A stretch of DNA of 64,000 nucleotides from an uncultured Acidimicrobiaceae bacterium (lineage in GTDB: Bacteria > Actinomycetota > Acidimicrobiia > Acidimicrobiales > RAAP-2): assembly GCA_963734395.1 (NCBI GenBank), contig CAVTGY010000003.1, positions 271,878 to 335,877 on the forward strand, in the 5' to 3' direction. The notes under the pieces were generated by a model. That model made no database searches, was not told where the DNA came from, and worked only from the letters and a program-made list of their open reading frames with translations. The position numbers and the translations under genes are program-made. Positions 53,684-61,907 of the stretch are shown here, in pieces (position 1 is the first letter of the stretch; each line of letters begins with the position of its first letter).

Positions 53684-54047
53684 TACTGAATACGTTAGGA
53701 ACGAGGTCCCGCGCGGGCACGGATCGAATCACCCCAGCTTTGGGATCCAACAGCCCAATCTCTCTGCCTACGAGAACGATCGTCAGATGCCTTCGGCTGA
53801 TGCCTTGAATCGAATTCTCCGCGGGTGCGGATACCTCCTAGAGGCGACTGCTGGCGCACGGCGCATCATTTGCCCTTCTCCAGGTGCGGCCTTGTTTGCC
53901 GACAACGACCATCGATCGGAGCCAGATAGAGCACATGACCCGGTGCAGTCAGAATCGATCGAGCCGCACCATAGGGACGAGCTGCCGGCGGCCAAGCTTA
54001 AACAGGCGCTGGCCCTTGCCGACTCCATCCGTTGGGCGAAGGCCTGA
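53655..54047 (+). pseudogene. possible remnant of an XRE-HTH gene (C-terminal half only, no start codon)
   Basis: The frame is open from 53655 and reads ...FGIQQPNLSAYENDRQMPSADALNRILRGCGYLLEA, which looks like helix 3 onward of an XRE HTH. No ATG, GTG or TTG occurs before 53787. The same frame continues past two in-frame stops. Confidence 0.25.
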
Positions 54048-54201
54048 CCACGAGGGCGATCGGGGATGTGATCCTCGAGATTGATAAGCCACTTGGAGCA
54101 TCTGGAGTCTGAAGACCGTCTGATTCCCGATCCGATCGGTCCCAATAAGCTGGTCCTGGCAAAGATCCCACAGTCGGAGGTCCGACCAGGTGAGGGGAAC
54201 G

Positions 54202-54522
54202 ATGGAGACAAGAGGGCGAAGCGGCATTGGGCTTCTCGGCGCGATCGCCGTTGTCGCCATCGTAGTTGTGGCCGCCACCGTTGGCCTGATCATCCTGGGC
54301 ATTCTTGCTGCTCTCGTCGTGGTCGGCTTGGTAGTACTGGCGATCGACCGGCTCCTGTTGGCAATCAGTCCGAAGCGCCGAGAACGCCGAGCGAATCTGC
54401 AGAGATCGTTCTTCATCTGGGGGACCGGAGGATCGGTGGAGGGGGGACCGATCATCGACACGACAGCGCGTCTCGAGGATCCACAGTGTCAGCAGAGGCA
54501 GAACGGTCGACCGGATAGATGA
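54202..54522 (+). CDS. small two-TM membrane protein (hypothetical)
   Basis: The ATG is preceded by GAGGGGA. GIGLLGAIAVVAIVVVAATVGLIILGILAALVVVGLVVLAI. Confidence 0.4.
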   Translation: METRGRSGIGLLGAIAVVAIVVVAATVGLIILGILAALVVVGLVVLAIDRLLLAISPKRRERRANLQRSFFIWGTGGSVEGGPIIDTTARLEDPQCQQRQNGRPDR

Positions 54523-54668
54523 TGGCTAAGGCCTCAGCTTGAGTAGCTGAGGAAGCGCTCCTGGTCGCAGTCTCCAGGGTCCATCTGCACACCCGGCAAT
54601 CGGGACGGCACGAGCCTTGAGGGGCGGCCGCTAGGGCGGCGCCTCTCACCCATGCCGTCCCGGGGCGC

Positions 54669-55064
54669 CTAGGGGGCGAGCGCCCAGATGAGCCGGATGT
54701 GGTCCACCTCGCCAGCTACCAGGTTGATGTTCTGCGGTTGACTGCATAGGCCGGTGGCCGTGCTCGACGCCGCAGGACCGCAACCGATGACTGTGTAGCT
54801 GCCCGGTGAGAGCTTGATGTGGAAGCGCCCCGATTTACCTACGTGCTTCTCAAGAACGAGCGGAATGGAGTGGAACTCCACTTCGACTGTTCCGGCGGTG
54901 GGATGGAACTTACCGGGGGCGGCCCCACCCTCGAAGCCCAGCTTGCCGGCTACGGCGGAATGGCGGGCCGCGGGTGAGGCTGCGTGGGCCGGAGTGGCCT
55001 GTAATCCGATCATGGCGACGCTGCCGGCGGATAGCGCCAGGGCAATGTTGGCCAAACGGGACAT
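54669..55064 (-). CDS. small secreted beta-sandwich protein (carboxypeptidase-regulatory-like, tentative)
   Basis: ATG 55064 is preceded by AAAGGGGA. Signal peptide MSRLANIALALSAGSVAMIGLQATPAHA. GRFHIKLSPGSYTV motif. Confidence 0.65.
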   Translation of the reverse strand: MSRLANIALALSAGSVAMIGLQATPAHAASPAARHSAVAGKLGFEGGAAPGKFHPTAGTVEVEFHSIPLVLEKHVGKSGRFHIKLSPGSYTVIGCGPAASSTATGLCSQPQNINLVAGEVDHIRLIWALAP

Positions 55065-55293
55065 AGTTCCCCTTTCGCTTTCCCTTTCTGGTTTCCGCAC
55101 CCCACGCCCCTGGCGTCGGTGACACGACCCCATCGGGAAAGGTCGCTCACCAATCACCATGAAAAAAGGGCGATTGACTAAACAACCGACGAGTGACCCA
55201 TTTCGTTACAGTCGGCGCTCCCTGCGCCGGTTGTGCGAAACGGACGCGTGCTGCAGGTACACCCCAACGTCATCACCAGCGTGCATCGAGTCG

Positions 55294-56538
55294 TCAATCG
55301 CGGTAGGCGGCGACCTCGCTGCGGGTGAGATTGATCAGGTTGCCGAGTGCGATGTTGACGTCGACAAGGTGAAGGCCCCACGTGGGGCCGAGTGTCTGCC
55401 CCACGATCGTTCGTGGATCGCCCTCATGGATAGGGGCGCTCACCTGCAGCCACGTCGCCCCGCCCTGTGAGAGGCACTGACCCGAATAGAGATCCGGTTC
55501 GGTTACCCACGGTGTGGGCAGTGCGGGCGGTACGACACCGGATAGTCCACCGAGGCCTTTGGCTGACGATCTGGTCGGGAAGTAGGGCGACAGGGGGGCG
55601 ATCCCGCCGGAGGGATTGGCTGGATTGACGCACAGGACCTGCAGTCCAACCGTCGACGTACTGCCGGACAGGTGACTGACCCCGGAACCGGGCCTGCCGA
55701 AGAGCGAGTTGGTCGGGGGCGCCTGGTCGAAGCTCGAATACGCGATTACACAGCCCGTCTGGGTACTGGTCGTACAGGCTGGAATGTGCTGGAAGCTACC
55801 CCCGACCGTCCCACCCACCGGGACCGTCACGTTCCCTCCCAGGATGATGGCCGACACCAGATGCGCGCGCACGACAGGGTTGTCGTCAACCTGCTTCTGC
55901 AACAGCTTGATGACCATCGAGGCGCCCTGAGAATGGCCGATGAGGATGAAGCCCCGACCTTGGTTGTAGTGGGCCAGGTAGTCCTCCCAGGCAGTTAGTA
56001 CCGACGCATAAGCAGCAGCGAGGTCGGAGACCGTAATGGCCCCGGGGTCGGCCAGCGCATGCAGGGTCAACTGAGGGTAGATAGGCGCGTACACCTTGCA
56101 AACCTGTGAGAAACGAGAAGCCTGGATCCGCGCCACCGCCGTCTCGGACGGGTCGATATGGAGGTTGGCCACGGCCCCCGACTGCTCGCTGACCGTTGGG
56201 TAGACATAAAAGCAGTCGACAGCGGGATTAGCCGCCGGTGATGCATGCTCCACACTGGGTGGACCTGACTGTGGAATCACCGTACTGGTCAGATCCGCCG
56301 TGCAGGGGTTGTCGGACAATCCAGGTCGGCACAGCCACTCGACACCCTGAGCGTCCGTTCTCGATGGTGCGGCGCCATTGGCCGCTGCGGTCCGAGCTGG
56401 CTGGGTCGGTAGCGTTGTCGTGGGAGAGGTGCTCGACGCACTGCACGCCGTACCTATCGCGGCGAAGACGCACATGATTGCCGTAGCAAGCGATCGACCG
56501 TGGGGGTTGGTCGGTGCTGGTCGGCGATACTCCAACAT
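55294..56538 (-). CDS. secreted alpha/beta hydrolase (DUF3089-like lipase/esterase)
   Basis: Signal/lipobox-like AAIGTACSA. VDCFYVYPT motif and nucleophile elbow LIGHSQGA. Confidence 0.75.
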   Translation of the reverse strand: MLEYRRPAPTNPHGRSLATAIMCVFAAIGTACSASSTSPTTTLPTQPARTAAANGAAPSRTDAQGVEWLCRPGLSDNPCTADLTSTVIPQSGPPSVEHASPAANPAVDCFYVYPTVSEQSGAVANLHIDPSETAVARIQASRFSQVCKVYAPIYPQLTLHALADPGAITVSDLAAAYASVLTAWEDYLAHYNQGRGFILIGHSQGASMVIKLLQKQVDDNPVVRAHLVSAIILGGNVTVPVGGTVGGSFQHIPACTTSTQTGCVIAYSSFDQAPPTNSLFGRPGSGVSHLSGSTSTVGLQVLCVNPANPSGGIAPLSPYFPTRSSAKGLGGLSGVVPPALPTPWVTEPDLYSGQCLSQGGATWLQVSAPIHEGDPRTIVGQTLGPTWGLHLVDVNIALGNLINLTRSEVAAYRD

Positions 56539-56739
56539 TCAGGTGCCTCCGTGAAGTCCGGATCAGGACGCCTAACTTGGCAAGGCCCGTAGCGTGGCAC
56601 AGTATGCATCGGTGCGTCGCCCGGTGGTCGTGCGCAATGAGAGCGGTGGGGACTCCTGCAAACGGAGCCTTCCCGTCCAGGGAGCCTTGATTGAGCCCCG
56701 CAACAACAGGAAAGAGCTGCGAACTCGTCGGGAGGGACG

Positions 56740-57096
56740 ATGATTCAAATATTGGAAGATATGCCGGCGGGCGTGATCGGCTTCGAGGCGCGGGGGAAGT
56801 TGGAGGCCGATGACTACCGCAAGGTGATCCTGCCGGCGCTGGTAGAGGCCGCAGAGTCAGGGGAGGTGCGATTTCTCATCGTGATGCGCGATTTTCAGGG
56901 TATGAGCGGAGGCGCGCTGTGGCAGGACCTGAAGGTCGGCGTGGAACATCTCCGAGCATGGAAGCGTATTGCGCTGGTGACCGACATCGATTGGATGCGA
57001 CACATGACTGACCTGTTTGGATGGATGACACCTGGGGAGACGAGAACGTTCTCCTTGGCACAGCGAGACGATGCCAAGGCCTGGGTGGCGGGCTGA
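56740..57096 (+). CDS. STAS/SEC14 (SpoIIAA-like) domain protein
   Basis: 118 aa. MIQILEDMPAGVIGFEARGKL...DYRKVILPAL...FLIVM...WKRIALVTD pattern. Confidence 0.8.
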   Translation: MIQILEDMPAGVIGFEARGKLEADDYRKVILPALVEAAESGEVRFLIVMRDFQGMSGGALWQDLKVGVEHLRAWKRIALVTDIDWMRHMTDLFGWMTPGETRTFSLAQRDDAKAWVAG

Positions 57097-57179
57097 GTGG
57101 CCGGCCCTGGCCTGTGTGTTCGGCAAGGGCACATACTCAGCCTCGAGTTGTGGCGATGCCCTGCCGGTAGATTTGGGGC

Positions 57180-58799
57180 GTGAAGACCTTGCGCCACCCA
57201 TCGCGCCGCCGTCGGGCGATCGCGTCGGCCATCGGCCTGCTCATTCTGGCAGTCGGCTGCGTTATGGCGACCGGGAGCGCGGTGCTGGCGCCCTCGGCCT
57301 ATGCGCTGGCCGGGCAAGTCGAGTCGGGCACCCCTGGCCCGGATGCCGTGACCGCGTTCGGCGCTGCTGCTGCCGTGTCGGGGACGACGCTCCACGGTCT
57401 GGCCGCTCCCGTCGTGGGGGTGGCGGCCACCCCTGACGGACTCGGGTATTGGGTGGTGGCCGCGGACGGCGGCATCTTCACCTACGGAAATGCTGCCTTC
57501 GAGGGATCCACGGGCGGGATCGACCTGAACGCGCCGGTGGTCGGGATGGCCGCCACCCCCACCGGCCGCGGTTACTGGCTGGTCGCCGCCGACGGGGGCG
57601 TCTTCGCCTTCGGGGACGCGGTGTTCGCCGGCTCGATGGGAGGACGTCCGCTCAACCAGCCGATCGTCGGGATGGCCGCCACCCCCACCGGCCGCGGTTA
57701 TTGGCTGGTCGCCGCCGACGGGGGCGTCTTCGCCTTCGGAGACGCGGTGTTCGCCGGCTCGATGGGAGGACGTCCGCTCAACCAGCCGATCGTCGGGATG
57801 GCCGCCACCCCCACAGGCCATGGCTATTGGATGGCGGCGTCAGACGGCGGGATCTTCGCCTTCGGTGACGCCCCGTTCGAGGGTTCAATGGGCGGCACTC
57901 CCCTCAACGAACCGGTGGTCGGCATGGCCGCGCCCCCCGATGGGCGCGGCTACTGGCTGGCCGCCGCCGACGGGGGGATCTTTTCCTTCGGCGATGCCCC
58001 GTTCGAGGGATCCGACGGTGGCACGCCGAACCAGGGTCAGGCGGTCGGTATCGCCGGTCGGTCGGGCGGATACTGGATCGCCTACGGCGTCGATCCGGCG
58101 GCACAGATGATCCCGGCGATCGCCGCCTATGTCGCCGGGCGGGCCGACAACGTGACGGTGGCCGTGGAGGATCTCACGAACGGTCAGATCTACCAGTTCC
58201 AGCCCGGAGTGGTCGAGAACACGGCGAGCACGGTGAAGGTTGACATCCTGGCCACCCTGCTGGCGCAGGCCCAGGCCGCCGGAGCCACGCTCACGCCCGA
58301 AGAGCAGAGCCTGGCGGTCCCGATGATCGAGGAGAGCCTGGACAGCGCGGCCGACACCCTGTGGACCCTCCTCGGGCCCGGTGCCGTCGGCGCGTTCGAA
58401 CGAGAGGCGGGTATGACCTCGACCCTGCCCGCCACCGATGGGGTCTGGGGAACCACGACCACCACGGCGCTTGACCGGCTGGCGATGATCCGAACCTTGG
58501 TGGAGCCCAACCCGCTGCTCACCGATGCGTCTCGGGCCTACGTCCTCGACCTCATGGAGCACATCACCCCCTCCCAGGACTGGGGGGCGACGGGTGGTGT
58601 GCCCTCGGGAGTCACCGTGGCGCTCAAGAACGGGTTCGCTGTCATCAACGGGTGGCAGATCAATACCACCGGCTGGGTAAGCGGTGACGGCCGCGACTAC
58701 CTGATCGCCGTGCTCACCAATGGAAACGTGTCCGAACAGTACGGCATCGATACAGTCAACAATGTGTCCGCGCTCGTGTGGAACGCGGTCCGACCCTGA
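57180..58799 (+). CDS. secreted/anchored protein: about 5.5 copies of a 42-aa GYW...DGG.F.FGDA repeat + C-terminal class-A-beta-lactamase-like serine hydrolase domain
   Basis: N-terminal TM/signal AIASAIGLLILAVGCVMATGSAVLA. Repeats of the form PVVGMAATPTGRGYWLVAADGGVFAFGDAVFAGSMGGRPLNQ. C-terminal SxxK (ASTVKV) and KNG motifs. Confidence 0.8.
   Translation: MKTLRHPSRRRRAIASAIGLLILAVGCVMATGSAVLAPSAYALAGQVESGTPGPDAVTAFGAAAAVSGTTLHGLAAPVVGVAATPDGLGYWVVAADGGIFTYGNAAFEGSTGGIDLNAPVVGMAATPTGRGYWLVAADGGVFAFGDAVFAGSMGGRPLNQPIVGMAATPTGRGYWLVAADGGVFAFGDAVFAGSMGGRPLNQPIVGMAATPTGHGYWMAASDGGIFAFGDAPFEGSMGGTPLNEPVVGMAAPPDGRGYWLAAADGGIFSFGDAPFEGSDGGTPNQGQAVGIAGRSGGYWIAYGVDPAAQMIPAIAAYVAGRADNVTVAVEDLTNGQIYQFQPGVVENTASTVKVDILATLLAQAQAAGATLTPEEQSLAVPMIEESLDSAADTLWTLLGPGAVGAFEREAGMTSTLPATDGVWGTTTTTALDRLAMIRTLVEPNPLLTDASRAYVLDLMEHITPSQDWGATGGVPSGVTVALKNGFAVINGWQINTTGWVSGDGRDYLIAVLTNGNVSEQYGIDTVNNVSALVWNAVRP
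57408..58080. repeat. in-frame 126-bp tandem repeat array (42-aa units), two units nearly identical
   Basis: Units start at 57541, 57667 and 57793 (period 126). Units 57541-57666 and 57667-57792 differ at only 2 positions by eye. Confidence 0.85.
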
Positions 58800-58975
58800 G
58801 CGGCAAGCGGCCGGGTCTCTCGGGCAGGCGGGATCCGAAAGAGTGTGTCGCGGAGAAGTGAATCGCCGCTGTTGCGATTGCCGGGCTTCTCAATCGGACA
58901 AGCCACTTCTAGGAGTATTCTGAATTGGTGCCTCCAGTTGATCGGTCATCTCCAGGCTGACGGCTGACGACCTGG

Positions 58976-59350
58976 GTGAATGCAATGGCCACTGAGAGTC
59001 TGTTCATCAATGCATCCGTCCACCGCTCCGTAGCCTCTGGCGAGGTCATCTACGCCGAAGGTGACCAAGGTGACCAAATGTTCGGCATTGTCTCAGGATC
59101 AGTGACCCTTCGAAAAGGCTCTGCCGTTGTTGCTTCGTTGGGACCCAACGATGTCTTTGGCGAGCGTGCCTTGATCGATCATCTTCCCCGAAATCTGACA
59201 GCTACTGCGACCAGCGCGTCCATGCTGGCCGAGATCAATCGACGCGACTTCCTCTTTCTCGTCCACGAATCACCCACGTTCGCTCTGGGCATCATGAAGG
59301 CTCTGGCCAGCAGATTGCGCGATTACGACGAGCTATTCGGTGGTTCATGA
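58976..59350 (+). CDS. cyclic-nucleotide-binding domain protein (no DNA-binding domain)
   Basis: 124 aa. GDQGDQMFGIVSGSV...FGERALID...R..TATA motif of cNMP-binding beta-barrels. Start is GTG 58976 or ATG 58985. Confidence 0.8.
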   Translation: MNAMATESLFINASVHRSVASGEVIYAEGDQGDQMFGIVSGSVTLRKGSAVVASLGPNDVFGERALIDHLPRNLTATATSASMLAEINRRDFLFLVHESPTFALGIMKALASRLRDYDELFGGS

Positions 59351-59445
59351 AGTCGCCACCTTTCGCCACGTGGAGCCGACCTGTGATCGTTGAACCCCTG
59401 GGGCGAATCCTGAAAACGCAGTTGCGGGTGAGCTCCGGAGCCGGT

Positions 59446-60825
59446 TCAGCCAGACCTGCTTGCTGTCTCGGTAACCGAGTAGACCCGGCGGGTTTCGGAA
59501 AGTCCTCTGAGGTGAACGTCCCGCCCGTCGGTGAATTGGAACTCGCCGCTCAGATCGCAAAGGTCCTTGAGGACAGAGGAGACCAAAACCTCTCCTCCCG
59601 CAGCTTGTTGCGCAATCCGGGCCGCCAGGATCACCGCGCCACCCAGGAAATCGTTGCCGTCCCGAACCGCTTCACCGGAATGGAGTCCGAGTCGAACCTT
59701 AATCGGCACGTCAGGTTTCGAGAGATTCCGGGCCTCGAAGTCACGCTGTATTCCCACGGCGCACTCCAGAGCTCGGCTGGCGCCACTGAAAGCGATCATG
59801 AAACCGTCACCTTGGGCCTTGATCTCATGCCCGCCGCAACGTCCAACACGCTGACGAATTACGTGGTTGTGCTCTCGCAGAATATCCATCGCTCGTCGGT
59901 CACCCAACTGCTCGGTGAGGGAGGTAAAGCCCTCCATGTCGCTGAACATGATGGTGACGGTGCCCTCAGGCAGGCCTCTTGCTCGAAGGTCCTCCTCGGT
60001 GTCCATTCGTCCTTCTGCGGCAATGTCGACGAGCCCCGGGCCTTGCGGCATCTCACCGCTCGACCTCCGGCCGCCGCGAGACCGATCGGGTGACCCAATG
60101 ACGCGGTTCTCACTTCGTGGGACATGTGCCGGCTTGTTCCGGACGGAAACACTGCCCCAGAAGGCGAAGGCTTTCACCCGGACAATCGGGGACCCCGGGA
60201 TCCGAGGCGCATCCTTCATCCGCCGGGCATCTTTTCCGCCCATGACGGCTATGCCGCCAAGCTCCACCTCGATGCCTTCGGGGACGATGATGTCGATTCC
60301 GCCCATGATGGCGATTGCGCTGATGCTGACAATCGGGCCCTCCACTTCCGCGTTGCGCATGTCGAGATGGCAGCCGCCCATGATGGCGATTGCGTTGGTC
60401 CGTTCACGGATGCGCCATCGACCCCTGCGCTGGGAGCCACCCATGATCGAGACGGTCCAACGGGTCGTCTTGTGCTCGATGGCGACGTCAGGGGCGGACG
60501 GTGCCATCGGCAGCGGCGAATGGTCAATCTCACCCCCCAGGACTCCAGCGAAGTCGGGACCGAAGGGATGAGGAATATCGGCAAGAAGCGGTGGGATATC
60601 ACCGAGCGAGACTGCTTGATACGCAATACCGACCCGTTCGGAGAACTCGTCCAGAGTGAGCCGGCCGTCGCCACACGACTTCTTGAGCACCTCAACCACC
60701 CGGTCACGGTCCGCATCGGATAGACGAGCCCCCGCCGAGCCGTCCGGCGACATCATGGACATGCAGACCATTGTGCCTGACATCGGAGCAAAGTTCTTCG
60801 GGCAGGCATCTTCTCTCCCGACCAC
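59446..60825 (-). CDS. DUF1707 - LiaF-C-like repeat - class III nucleotide cyclase fusion
   Basis: RLSDADRDRVVEVLKKSCGDGRLTLDEFSERV (DUF1707). Repeated AIAIMGG segments. Cyclase motifs VTIMFSDMEGFTSLTE, KAQGDGFMIAF, GGAVILAARI. The start is uncertain (60825 to 60753). Confidence 0.85.
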   Translation of the reverse strand: MVGREDACPKNFAPMSGTMVCMSMMSPDGSAGARLSDADRDRVVEVLKKSCGDGRLTLDEFSERVGIAYQAVSLGDIPPLLADIPHPFGPDFAGVLGGEIDHSPLPMAPSAPDVAIEHKTTRWTVSIMGGSQRRGRWRIRERTNAIAIMGGCHLDMRNAEVEGPIVSISAIAIMGGIDIIVPEGIEVELGGIAVMGGKDARRMKDAPRIPGSPIVRVKAFAFWGSVSVRNKPAHVPRSENRVIGSPDRSRGGRRSSGEMPQGPGLVDIAAEGRMDTEEDLRARGLPEGTVTIMFSDMEGFTSLTEQLGDRRAMDILREHNHVIRQRVGRCGGHEIKAQGDGFMIAFSGASRALECAVGIQRDFEARNLSKPDVPIKVRLGLHSGEAVRDGNDFLGGAVILAARIAQQAAGGEVLVSSVLKDLCDLSGEFQFTDGRDVHLRGLSETRRVYSVTETASRSG

Positions 60826-61113
60826 CGCTGGCTTTCCGGCGGCAGAACGGGTGCTGACCCGTTCTCAGCCTGAGCGGGGCTGAGGTTGATCAGTCCGAAC
60901 TCAGCCGTGGTGGCTCACCGGTATCGTCTTCGCCGAGTCCTCTGATGTCCGTGGATCAGCGGAGCACACCCGTCTGGGATCGGCCGCGGCACGGTCTCCG
61001 GTTGAAGACGGCAGAATGGACGCAAGAAGACCCTGTGGCCAGGTCGCACCAGACGTGCGGACATAGGGGAAGCGGTGCGCTAGAGGGCGCGCCCAAGACA
61101 GGAGAAACTCATC

Positions 61114-61872
61114 ATGGCATCAGCCAACCGGGGATCATTCGGATCAGCGTCGAACTACCACCGCATGGTGGAAGCCTACGGACCGCCCCGCCCGGGGGGA
61201 TCGACCGCGGTGTTGGACAACCCCACACCCGTCCCCGTCACCACTCGAACGTTCACCGCCGATGGCGCTTTCAACAAGGCCGGGCTGCTCGGGGCCTTGG
61301 CCCTGGTCGTTGGTGCCTTGGCCTATGTCGCCGATCTCCCCCTCGGGCTGGTGTGGCCGCTGATGCTGGTTGCCCTCGGTGCGGGTCTGTGGGCCTCCTT
61401 CCGACCGAAGCGGGCCAAGGTGCTTGCGCCCGTGTTCGCGGTAGGTGAGGGAGCGGTCCTTGGCTTGCTCTCCCGTTTCTACGCAAACCAGGGCGAGCAC
61501 GTAGTCACCCTGGCCGTGGTCGGGACCCTGGCCGTGGTCACCGGCGTTTGGTTCTTTTACCGCACCGGCCTGGTCCGTGTCGGCCACCGGTTCATCCAGA
61601 CCACGATGGTTGCATCTGTCGGCCTGCTGGCCGTGATGGTTGTGTCCATCCTGACCGGATGGGGAGCGTCGGGGCTGGGCGGCGTGGTCATCTTCGGCAT
61701 CTTGTACCTGTTCATCGCCGTGATGAACCTGTTTGTCGACTACGACTTCGCCTACCGCGCCCAGGCGGGCCAACTCAGCGCCGACGCCGAGTGGTACTCC
61801 GCCTTCTCGCTGCTGCTCTCTTCGGCCATGGTCTATCTGGCCCTGTTACGCATTTTTGGCGGCCGGCGCTAA
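61114..61872 (+). CDS. Bax inhibitor-1/YccA-like (BaxI_1-type) membrane protein
   Basis: AGGAGA RBS. Soluble N-terminus followed by six to seven TM helices, with a C-terminal charged end. Confidence 0.75.
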   Translation: MASANRGSFGSASNYHRMVEAYGPPRPGGSTAVLDNPTPVPVTTRTFTADGAFNKAGLLGALALVVGALAYVADLPLGLVWPLMLVALGAGLWASFRPKRAKVLAPVFAVGEGAVLGLLSRFYANQGEHVVTLAVVGTLAVVTGVWFFYRTGLVRVGHRFIQTTMVASVGLLAVMVVSILTGWGASGLGGVVIFGILYLFIAVMNLFVDYDFAYRAQAGQLSADAEWYSAFSLLLSSAMVYLALLRIFGGRR

Positions 61873-61907
61873 GGAACACTCGTGGTCGGGGGAGTGATCA
61901 ACGGGAC

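Noticed and set aside
53555-54660. AT-rich patch as a mobile element or prophage end
   Set aside because: No transposase, integrase, tRNA target or flanking direct/inverted terminal repeats could be found. It is kept only as a compositional observation.
57408-58080. Regular tandem repeats that could be mistaken for a CRISPR array (the same applies to 1622..2791)
   Set aside because: The repeats are contiguous with no spacers, in frame, and encode protein repeats inside long ORFs. No cas genes are present.
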